Shown piece after piece: positions 49,799 through 58,504 of a stretch of DNA of 64,000 nucleotides; position 1 is the stretch's first letter, and every line of letters begins with the position of its first letter. The notes under the pieces are model-generated. The model did not search any database. It was given only the letters and a program-made list of their open reading frames with translations, and had not been told where the DNA came from. The DNA is from Candidatus Komeilibacteria bacterium (GTDB lineage: Bacteria > Patescibacteriota > Patescibacteriia > UBA1558): positions 521,015-585,014 of the forward strand of contig JBLYPX010000001.1 of NCBI GenBank assembly GCA_048538235.1, in the 5' to 3' direction. The position numbers and the translations under genes are program-made.

Positions 49799-51196
49799 TT
49801 ATTTTAATTTATTACTTAAATACTCTTCTAAATCTTTTATCTTTATTCTTTCTTGTTCCATAGTATCTCTATCTCTAACTGTAACTGCATTATCTTCTAA
49901 ACTATCAAAATCTACTGTTATGCAAAATGGAGTACCAATTTCATCTTGTCTTCTATACCTCTTACCAATAGATGCTGTTTCATCATACGTACAAACAAAT
50001 TTAGAACTTAAATCTGTTTGAATTTTCTTGGCCAGCGGTGTTAAAGTTTCTTTTTTAGACAATGGTAAAATAGCTACTTTGATTGGTGCTAGGAAGTAAG
50101 GAAGTTTTAACATCACTTCTACATCTTTAATTGCATCTGTTGTTGTAGATCTACCACCTTCTATTTCTGTATAGGCTTCTAATAAACAAGCAAGCACGGA
50201 ACGATCTACGCCAAGTGATGGCTCAATAACATGAGGTATATATTTCTCTTTAGTTATAGGATCTACATAATCCATATCCTGACCAGAAAACTTTGCATGC
50301 TGTGTTAAGTCATAATCTGTTCTATAAGCAAGTCCATATAACTCTTTTTGACCGAATGGATATTTATACTCAAAATCTACAGTTCTCTTTGAATAAAAAG
50401 CTCTATCTTTTTCATCTATTTCTACTTTTGTATAATTTTCTTTCTTAAGACCAATGAGTTCACACCAATTATCCATAACATGTAGCCATTCTTCAAAATG
50501 TTTTTCCCAATCCTTTGGATTAATAAAATATTCTACTTCTAACTGTTCAAACTCACGCATTCTAAAGATAAAGTTTTCAGTTGTTATTTCATTTCTAAAA
50601 GCTTTACCTATCTGTCCCATTCCAAAAGGAACACGCATACGCATGGTGTCCACAACATTCTTAAAATTCACAAACATACCACCAGCTGTTTCTGGTCTTA
50701 AATACACTTCTGAACCTTCGTCTTCAACTGGACCCATATGTGTTTTAAACATAAGGTTAAAATTACGAGCTTCAGTTAATTCTCCACCACATTCTGGACA
50801 TTTAATATCTTTAATATCTTTTGGCTTAGCTTTATCATACTCAGGACTTAAAGAGTCTGCTTCTAATAAATGGTCTGCTCTATATCTTTTCTTACATTTC
50901 TTACAATCAACTAATGGGTCAGAAAAGTTCTGAATATGACCACTTGCTTCCCAAACCTTAGGATGCATAATTATAGCAGCATCCATACCAACCATATCTG
51001 GTCTATCTGATACAAACATCTTCCACCAAGCCTTTTTGATATTATTTTTCAGCTCAACTCCCAATGGACCGTAGTCATAAGCAGCTGATAATCCTCCATA
51101 AATTTCAGAAGACTGAAAAATAAAGCCTCTTCGCTTTAGCAAGGAGACAAGTTTTTCCATCTTTTCTGCACTGTTATTCTTATCTGTTTTAGCCAT
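49799..51196 (-). CDS. glyQS: Glycyl-tRNA synthetase, alpha2 type
   Basis: YDYGPLG, YLRPETA, FRNEI, FRMREFEQ, IEPS, IGKRYRRQDEIGTP; start moved to 51196. Confidence 0.97.
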   Translation of the reverse strand: MAKTDKNNSAEKMEKLVSLLKRRGFIFQSSEIYGGLSAAYDYGPLGVELKNNIKKAWWKMFVSDRPDMVGMDAAIIMHPKVWEASGHIQNFSDPLVDCKKCKKRYRADHLLEADSLSPEYDKAKPKDIKDIKCPECGGELTEARNFNLMFKTHMGPVEDEGSEVYLRPETAGGMFVNFKNVVDTMRMRVPFGMGQIGKAFRNEITTENFIFRMREFEQLEVEYFINPKDWEKHFEEWLHVMDNWCELIGLKKENYTKVEIDEKDRAFYSKRTVDFEYKYPFGQKELYGLAYRTDYDLTQHAKFSGQDMDYVDPITKEKYIPHVIEPSLGVDRSVLACLLEAYTEIEGGRSTTTDAIKDVEVMLKLPYFLAPIKVAILPLSKKETLTPLAKKIQTDLSSKFVCTYDETASIGKRYRRQDEIGTPFCITVDFDSLEDNAVTVRDRDTMEQERIKIKDLEEYLSNKLK

Positions 51197-51275
51197 ATTT
51201 TTTCTTAATTTTATTGTATTTACTACCAAATTATACTGGATTTAAGCCATTTTAGCAAATATATCATATAATAGC

Positions 51276-51298
51276 AAAAACCCCCTATTTGGGGGTTT
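51276..51298 (-). terminator. Terminator after Clp ATPase gene
   Basis: AAAAACCCCC-TATTT-GGGGGTTT inverted repeat. Confidence 0.75.
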
Positions 51299-51318
51299 AT
51301 ATAATTAATATATACATT

Positions 51319-53928
51319 CTATATTCTACTTGCCTTATCTACCCGTATTTTATCTGCTGTTTCTAAAACAACCTTATCTCTTCTGTCTATTTTGCCTGTA
51401 AGTAAGAAATTAGCGAGTGCATTTTCAACCTTTTCTTGTATTACTCTTCTTAAAGGTCTGGCACCAAATTTAGGATCATAGCCAAGTGCTGCTAATTCTT
51501 TTACAGCTATATCTGTTGCTTCTAAAAATATTCCTTTAGCTTCCAATCTCTTAGTTTCTTTCTTTAATAGCAATAACGCTATCTGCTCAATATGTTCCTG
51601 GGTTAATGGTTTGAATATTATTATATTGTCAAATCTATTTAAAAACTCTGGTCTAAATGAAGTTCTTAGCTCTGTTTCAAGTAGTGCTTCTTTAATTGCT
51701 TCTGCTGTTGCTCCTGCTTTAGTCTGATCCTGAATATAGTTTGTGCCAGCATTAGATGTCATTATTAAAATAAGGTTTGTAAAATCTACAGTTCTGCCAG
51801 TAACATCTGTCATACGACCATCTTCCATTACTTGTAAAAATACATTCAAAATATCTGGGTGAGCTTTTTCAATTTCATCAAGAAGTAATATTGAGTGCGG
51901 ATCTTGTCTAACTGCATTGGTTAAAACACCACCAGTATCTCCACCAGGTGTACCTAATAGTCTTTGTAGGCTATTCTTCTCTTGGTATTCAGACATATCC
52001 AGTCTAATCATCTTCTTCTCATCACCAAAGTAAACTTCAGCTACAGTTTTAGCAAGTTCTGTTTTACCAACCCCAGTTGGTCCCATAAATAGTAAATTAA
52101 CAATAGGCCTCTTTAAATCTCTTAAATCTGCCCTAGCTCTTCTTAAAGCACCAGCTACAGCTGAAACAGCCTCTACTTGATTAATAATTCTCTGATGAAT
52201 TAATTCTTCAATATTTATTAACTTATCTGATTCATCACGAGTTACTTGTGTAATTGGTACTTCTGCTTTTTCTGCAATCAATGCTGCCACATCTTCTTTA
52301 TTAACCATCTGATTCTTACCACGCTTATTTTTAACTCTCACACCAACCTCTTCAACAATATCTATTGCTTTAGAAGGAAGATATCTGTCGTGCATATATC
52401 TTTCAGATAATTCAACTGCAGCTGCTAATGCATCATATGTAAAAAATACTTGGTTTTTACTTTCTACCCTACCAATATTTGCAGCTAGTATTTGAATAGC
52501 CTGGTTTGTTTCTGGCTCATTAATTTCAATCTTTGTTAAATTGTTAGCAAATGAACTATTCTCAATATATTTTACATAATCATGGGGTGTTGTAGAGGTA
52601 ACAACATATACTCCTTGTTTAATTAAACTTTCAGTTAATATATCTGCCAAATCTACATTAGAGCGTCCAACTGAAGATACGCCTACTAAATTATGTATAT
52701 TGTTAATGTATAGAACAATATTACCAGCACGAGACACCTCATTAATAATATGCATCACTCTACCCTCTAGTTCACCTTCATGAGTTGTATCTGCTACTAA
52801 TCTAGATAATTGTAAAGATACCATTCTTTTATCCTGTAAAAACTCTGGTACTTCTTCTGCCACCATTCTATTTGCAAGCCCTTCAATAATGGTATCTACG
52901 CCCACACCCGGATTACCAACTAGAACAGGAGTGCCTCCACCCTCTAAAACACTGTACAGATCTGTAAACTCTTTATCTCTAGCTACACACAAACCAAAGT
53001 ATCCAGCTTTTGCTAGCATTGTAAAATCTTCAGAAAAACTATCTAGTACTGGCGTAGCAATAGCTGTCATTGCTTTATCCATTGAACCTTTTGGTTTAAA
53101 TCCAGCCTTGTATCTAAATCTGTCATATCTTTCTTGCAAGGTTTGTTGAATTCTAATCCAAGCAACAGCGTTTAAAATTTTATCTTCTGTGATTGCAAAG
53201 TCAAAAAGCAATTCCTTTACCTTTTCATCTACATTAACAATAGCTTCTAAAAGTTCTGCTACTTCCACCTGCTGCCTTTGTTTTTCATATGCTAAAGCAT
53301 AACTCTTCATAACCACTTCCATGGCATTAGCATCCAAATTTAATTTACCAGCCTTTGTAACAATACCATCGTCTTTAATAATACTAGCAACAGTTTCAGA
53401 TAATCTTTTTACGGAAACGCCTAATCTACCCATGATTGTAATAACGCTATCGTTTTGTAATAGAGATAAAAATATGTGAATTGGTTGAATAGCACTATCG
53501 CCATCTCCGGCAGCAATAAAGTATGACTTCTCAATTACCTTTAAAGCATCTTTAGAAAATGCATTATTAATGTATGTATATTTCTGTTTTTTAATTCTAT
53601 TAATATCTCCTTTACGCAAAACTGAATACTTACCAACTTTTTTACTCTTTTGCCAATAACTTAAAAACATAGCAGCTAATACTGCCCACCACAAAACATG
53701 AGTCCATTCACCTTGCCAAGAAGCAGCTGTGAACATATCTGTATTAGATTCGTAAATAGAATAAACATTATAACCAAAGAAAGTAGCGCCTGCTAAAATT
53801 GCTAAAATTAAAGCAGCAATAATAATCACATTTACTACTCTTCTAAATCTATCTACCAAAACAGATGCGTGGGAAAAACTTTTACCCCAAACAAGTTTCT
53901 GTCCTTCAATTAATAATTCTTTATCCAT
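51319..53928 (-). CDS. Membrane-anchored ClpA/B/C-family AAA+ ATPase with degenerate first nucleotide-binding domain
   Basis: Two N-terminal hydrophobic segments and Clp-N repeats. D2 has GPTGVGKT, LLDEIEKAH and PEFLNR; D1 has GNPGVGVD and LYINNIH. Confidence 0.9.
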   Translation of the reverse strand: MDKELLIEGQKLVWGKSFSHASVLVDRFRRVVNVIIIAALILAILAGATFFGYNVYSIYESNTDMFTAASWQGEWTHVLWWAVLAAMFLSYWQKSKKVGKYSVLRKGDINRIKKQKYTYINNAFSKDALKVIEKSYFIAAGDGDSAIQPIHIFLSLLQNDSVITIMGRLGVSVKRLSETVASIIKDDGIVTKAGKLNLDANAMEVVMKSYALAYEKQRQQVEVAELLEAIVNVDEKVKELLFDFAITEDKILNAVAWIRIQQTLQERYDRFRYKAGFKPKGSMDKAMTAIATPVLDSFSEDFTMLAKAGYFGLCVARDKEFTDLYSVLEGGGTPVLVGNPGVGVDTIIEGLANRMVAEEVPEFLQDKRMVSLQLSRLVADTTHEGELEGRVMHIINEVSRAGNIVLYINNIHNLVGVSSVGRSNVDLADILTESLIKQGVYVVTSTTPHDYVKYIENSSFANNLTKIEINEPETNQAIQILAANIGRVESKNQVFFTYDALAAAVELSERYMHDRYLPSKAIDIVEEVGVRVKNKRGKNQMVNKEDVAALIAEKAEVPITQVTRDESDKLINIEELIHQRIINQVEAVSAVAGALRRARADLRDLKRPIVNLLFMGPTGVGKTELAKTVAEVYFGDEKKMIRLDMSEYQEKNSLQRLLGTPGGDTGGVLTNAVRQDPHSILLLDEIEKAHPDILNVFLQVMEDGRMTDVTGRTVDFTNLILIMTSNAGTNYIQDQTKAGATAEAIKEALLETELRTSFRPEFLNRFDNIIIFKPLTQEHIEQIALLLLKKETKRLEAKGIFLEATDIAVKELAALGYDPKFGARPLRRVIQEKVENALANFLLTGKIDRRDKVVLETADKIRVDKASRI

Positions 53929-54289
53929 TGATAATAAATAATTGGTAAACTACCAATACTGGTAAGATTATATATACAAACAAAACTGCAGTCATAACAA
54001 TAAGCCACACGAGCATTAAAAATATATTCCAGATCAACTGAGCTGTTCTCATTATGAAACTAATTATTTTACCCTGCCAATCTCTTTGACCGTACATTGG
54101 CTTAAACCAATACTTGAATAATATTTTTAAAGCCAATCTTTGAGCACCAGCCCGTAAAGATTTAAAGTAAAATTTCAAAGCTAAAACAAGACCAGCTGAA
54201 TACCACCAAATAGGAAAATATATAATATCTCTTAATAAATCTATTAAGATTATCTTCGCTGTATAATATATGTCTTGTTTGCTAATCAT
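53921..54289 (-). CDS. Small membrane protein coupled to the Clp ATPase
   Basis: 122 aa, YFPIWWY, WFKPMYG; overlaps the Clp start by 8 nt. Confidence 0.82.
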   Translation of the reverse strand: MISKQDIYYTAKIILIDLLRDIIYFPIWWYSAGLVLALKFYFKSLRAGAQRLALKILFKYWFKPMYGQRDWQGKIISFIMRTAQLIWNIFLMLVWLIVMTAVLFVYIILPVLVVYQLFIING

Positions 54290-54314
54290 AGGTAAATTAT
54301 ACCATTTTTTAGGC

Positions 54315-55454
54315 TTAAAGAGTATTTTCCTTAATACTTTTACGTATTCTTTTCATTAAGTTTAAATAAAACTCAATATTATTAAGAGTAGCTAGTCTAA
54401 TAGCCAATGGTTCTTGCGTTTTAAACAAATGGTGTAAATATGCAAAACTATACTCTCTTAATTCTTTTATCTTTGAATCTTTGTTAATAGGTTTAAAATC
54501 TTTACTAAATTTACTATTAGAAATATTTATTGTTTTATAGAATTTACCTTTAATACTTTTATTATTGTATAAATATAATCTTCCGTGTCTTGCTTCTCTG
54601 GTTGGAATAACGCAATCAAACATATCTACACCTCTTTTAACAGCTTCAATAATATTGTCTGGGTAACCAACCCCCATTAAATACCTTGGCTTATCTTCTG
54701 GCAGTTCAGGAGTAGTATAGTCTAATACTTTATACATATCCTCTGACTTTTCACCAACAGCCAGTCCACCAATTGCATAACCATCAAAATTTAATTCTTT
54801 TAACTCACTAGCAGATTTTAATCTTAAGTCTTTATATAGTGATCCTTGTACAATACCGAATAATAAATTATTTATCTTATATTTTTTCTTAGCATCTAAA
54901 GATTGCTTAGCCCATTTAGTTGTTCTATTAACCGCTATACTTGCCTTTTCCTTTGTAGAAGGATTGCCCACACATTCATCTAAGACCATCATAATATCAG
55001 AACCAATAGTAGCTTGTATTTTAATAACTTTATCTGGTGTAAACATATGTTTAGAACCATCTAAATATGATCTAAACTCTACTCCCTTGTCTGTTATCTT
55101 TCTATCTACTTTAACATTATCTTTTTTGACTCCTTGTCTATTTAAGCTAGCATCAAGTGAAAACACTTGGAAACCACCAGAGTCTGTTAAGATGGGGCCG
55201 TTCCAATTCATAAACTTATGTAGTCCTTTACTACTTTTCATAATGTTCATGCCGGGTCTTAAGTATAGATGATAGGTGTTAGATAGAATTATCTGTGACT
55301 CTAATTCCTTCATATCTGCAGTAGTTAAACTTTTAATAGCAGCCTTTGTTGCTATTGGCATAAAAAATGGCGTCTTAATAGTGCCATGCTTTGTTTTTAA
55401 ACTACCAAGTCTAGCTTTTGTTTTTTTAGATTGTTTTAATAATTTAAAACTCAT
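54315..55454 (-). CDS. tgt: tRNA-guanine transglycosylase
   Basis: NTYHL, LTDSGGFQVFSL, GIVQG, GGLAVGE, YLMGVG, DMFDCV.PTR. Confidence 0.96.
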   Translation of the reverse strand: MSFKLLKQSKKTKARLGSLKTKHGTIKTPFFMPIATKAAIKSLTTADMKELESQIILSNTYHLYLRPGMNIMKSSKGLHKFMNWNGPILTDSGGFQVFSLDASLNRQGVKKDNVKVDRKITDKGVEFRSYLDGSKHMFTPDKVIKIQATIGSDIMMVLDECVGNPSTKEKASIAVNRTTKWAKQSLDAKKKYKINNLLFGIVQGSLYKDLRLKSASELKELNFDGYAIGGLAVGEKSEDMYKVLDYTTPELPEDKPRYLMGVGYPDNIIEAVKRGVDMFDCVIPTREARHGRLYLYNNKSIKGKFYKTINISNSKFSKDFKPINKDSKIKELREYSFAYLHHLFKTQEPLAIRLATLNNIEFYLNLMKRIRKSIKENTL

Positions 55455-55993
55455 AGAAAATTATATACGAACTTTATAGCCCAAATTCCATAACCAATAA
55501 ATGAAATGCCTACATAGAAATATTGTAATAGTTTAGACAGTCTATACTTGTTATGAAAAGCTGCCTTAACAAAAGTTAATAATATTAAAAATATTCTTAA
55601 ATTAATTAAGAAGTATAAGGAAGTTAAGAATGGCCATTGCCAAGTAAACAATAAGAAAACTGGAATAGAAAATAGTTTATCTGTAATAGGATCAAAATAT
55701 ATTCCAAACATAGAAATCTTATCTTTAAACCTAGCCACAGCTCCATCCCAATAATCTGTAAATGGACCAAGAAAAATAATAATACCAACTATCCACCAGT
55801 GTAATGATTCCCAAATAAAATATGGGTCGGTGGCTTTTAACCACAGATATACTAAAGGAATAATTAAAAGAAACCTAATAAAAGTAATAATATTAGGTGT
55901 TAACCAATTTGGTGTAATATTTACTAATGGCTTAAATATTCTATCTTTACCATCTCTAAGCCTTACGTAAAATTTAATTTCATCTAATAACAT
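55451..55993 (-). CDS. CDP-alcohol phosphatidyltransferase family protein
   Basis: TPNIITFIR and D..DG..AR...G...D...D signature. Confidence 0.9.
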   Translation of the reverse strand: MLLDEIKFYVRLRDGKDRIFKPLVNITPNWLTPNIITFIRFLLIIPLVYLWLKATDPYFIWESLHWWIVGIIIFLGPFTDYWDGAVARFKDKISMFGIYFDPITDKLFSIPVFLLFTWQWPFLTSLYFLINLRIFLILLTFVKAAFHNKYRLSKLLQYFYVGISFIGYGIWAIKFVYNFL

Positions 55994-55995
55994 AT

Positions 55996-57774
55996 TTATT
56001 CAACTACCCTTGCTTTATCCTGAGCTAAAGTATCGTGTATTAAATTTGTGTCTAGCATACTAATCTGTTTTGTAATCTTTTCACCCGTTTCTCTATTAGT
56101 TGCTGTCAAAGTCATTGGATTTAGTAATATTAAAATTTGACCAACCTGAGATTTATCTGGTGTTATAGAAATTTTAAAACTACCAGACAATTCCTCTTCT
56201 GCATTTAAAGCACTACTATCTATTAATAACTCTTTTTTACTACTATTAAAACTAGCCGCATAACCAGTTTGCTCATTTACCCAATTAGAATATGGTGGCA
56301 AAGTTGTTTTTAAACTAATATCTGAATAATTATCTAGCCCAGCCGCTAAACTCCATTCAATATTATATGTTGTTGTTTTATTAACTGTTGGTGGTAAAGG
56401 ACCACTACCAATTGCCGTGCCATCACTATCATAATATTTAGCTTGAGCTGTAAAACCAAAACTTTGACCAATACGAGTTCTTAATATATCTGAGGCTGTA
56501 ATAAATTCTTCATTTCCAACTTTTGTTATTACTTTAGCTACTGAAGATATTAATAATTGACTATCTGCTAAAGTAGCGGCATCAATAGGTTCTGTTTGTA
56601 GTTTAGCGCCAATTTTTAATCTAATTTCTTCACCCTGTTTTAAGCCAGCCAACTTACTACCTATCTTAGGATGATCTTTTGTCCATATTATTTTATTACC
56701 ATCTCTCGCCAGTCCAGTTGTATCTTGCCATGATTGCCAATTAATAAAATTAGTATCAAAGATAAGAACTAACTCTAAATCATCTGGAACATATTCACCT
56801 TCATTCTTTACCACTAGTTCATAATTAACAATCTCACCCCAATCTACTGTGGTCGATTCTGTATCTGCAAAAGATAAGCTAACAGATAAATTTGGATTAA
56901 TAATATTTATTGGTAAATCATTTGTATCCAATAATTTATTTACTCCATCTATTTCTTCAAATAACTCTGTAGAAAAAGATAGCTTATCTACATCTATACC
57001 AGGAGATAATTCTCCCATGATTATTATAATCTGCTCCTCTTCTGGTTCTAAACTTAATATCTCCCATTGATGTTTGGAAATTGTTGGTTCAGGGTCGGTT
57101 GCTAAAACACTAAATTGATCTGGCATATTAAATGATAAAATTAATGGCTGCCAAGTAGTAGTTTGTTTATTTAAAACATGTACCCTAAACTGAACTTGTT
57201 GAGCAGGAATAGCCTCTACTGGATAATCTACCCACATGTCTACCTTAACATTAGTCAATTCTTGAGTGAAATACTCTTCCTGAGTAAAGGTTGATGAAAA
57301 ATTAGCAGGCTCATAAGCAAGTACAGCCTTTACTGTCTTTTGATCACCCACATCTCCAATAATTCTACCCCTAACTTCTATATTGGAAGCAAAACCTGGT
57401 TGCAAATCATCCATCTCCCAATAATTCTGCCCCTCATTCAAAGGTTCAATTGAAGAGCTCTCATATGTAAAACCTCTCGGATATGTTAAAGATAAACTTA
57501 ATTTAGTTAAATCTGTTTCATCTATATTCTGATAAAATATTTTATACACCACTTCTTCTCCAGAAGTTATGTTTTCCTCTGTATCTATTCTAAGTATGGC
57601 TGATGTATTATTTTGTTGTCTTTCTTGTATACCAAAATATATAGATAAGCCAAGGCTGATTACTAACATTACAAACAAAAACAAAACTAATCTCTTTTTA
57701 ATTCTTCGCTTTCTTAATAAATTATCTGGCCTTGAAAAACTAATTTCAATGGCTCTTCTTTTTTTAGCTACCAT
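55996..57774 (-). CDS. Single-pass membrane protein with Ig-like/DUF11-type extracellular domains
   Basis: N-terminal TM; repeated GE.V.Y.I...N and G.GPLPP.V motifs. Confidence 0.7.
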   Translation of the reverse strand: MVAKKRRAIEISFSRPDNLLRKRRIKKRLVLFLFVMLVISLGLSIYFGIQERQQNNTSAILRIDTEENITSGEEVVYKIFYQNIDETDLTKLSLSLTYPRGFTYESSSIEPLNEGQNYWEMDDLQPGFASNIEVRGRIIGDVGDQKTVKAVLAYEPANFSSTFTQEEYFTQELTNVKVDMWVDYPVEAIPAQQVQFRVHVLNKQTTTWQPLILSFNMPDQFSVLATDPEPTISKHQWEILSLEPEEEQIIIIMGELSPGIDVDKLSFSTELFEEIDGVNKLLDTNDLPINIINPNLSVSLSFADTESTTVDWGEIVNYELVVKNEGEYVPDDLELVLIFDTNFINWQSWQDTTGLARDGNKIIWTKDHPKIGSKLAGLKQGEEIRLKIGAKLQTEPIDAATLADSQLLISSVAKVITKVGNEEFITASDILRTRIGQSFGFTAQAKYYDSDGTAIGSGPLPPTVNKTTTYNIEWSLAAGLDNYSDISLKTTLPPYSNWVNEQTGYAASFNSSKKELLIDSSALNAEEELSGSFKISITPDKSQVGQILILLNPMTLTATNRETGEKITKQISMLDTNLIHDTLAQDKARVVE

Positions 57775-58504
57775 ATATTTGTTTAATATCTGTTAATTCC
57801 CTATTCACTTGGTAAAAATAATACTTACTAATTAGTGCATGTAAACTTATAAATGCTTTTTCTGACTGCTTTACTTTAACAAGCCAGTCTCTTTTCTCTT
57901 CCCAAGCTATCTTCTTACTAAGCATGAATTCAAATAGCTTTATTAAATTCTTATCTACATCTATAGACGAATCTTCTAATAATTCTTTACCAATTAATGA
58001 TGCAGTGTGGAACGAAAACTTCTCAGCTTTATGCCCTAAAGATAAATTAGGTTCAAAACCGGCAATAGATAAAAGGTTTATTGTAAATAGATCAGATAAT
58101 CTTTGTTTTTGCCAAACCTTTAATTCCGTATTATCTAAATCTGTTAAAAACCTATCTAATAGATTAAATGTTTCTTCACTACCGTGTTCGTCAAAAATTA
58201 AATCATTAGTAGCAGCCAGTGCAGATATTTTTAATATCGCTGTTTCCAATTCTAGATTAATATTTCTATAGCTTTTAATAGTGTCTACACCTGCCAAATG
58301 AACTGTAGCTTTGCCAGGAGCAAGCATTACATCACACATTGTACCTGGTTCTAAATGACCTGCTAATTTACTTTTAGAACTGGCTGCAGACCTTGCCAGA
58401 ACATCTATCCTACCACTGTCTTTACAAAATAATGTATACCAACGGTTTCCCTTCCTTAAAGTTTTTTTTCTTAAAACAATAGCTGTTTGTTTTATATATG
58501 CCAT
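57764..58504 (-). CDS. recO: DNA repair protein RecO
   Basis: AIVLRK, TLF...GRI...ARS...KSKLAGHLEP, LLSIAGFEP. Confidence 0.88.
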   Translation of the reverse strand: MAYIKQTAIVLRKKTLRKGNRWYTLFCKDSGRIDVLARSAASSKSKLAGHLEPGTMCDVMLAPGKATVHLAGVDTIKSYRNINLELETAILKISALAATNDLIFDEHGSEETFNLLDRFLTDLDNTELKVWQKQRLSDLFTINLLSIAGFEPNLSLGHKAEKFSFHTASLIGKELLEDSSIDVDKNLIKLFEFMLSKKIAWEEKRDWLVKVKQSEKAFISLHALISKYYFYQVNRELTDIKQIYGS

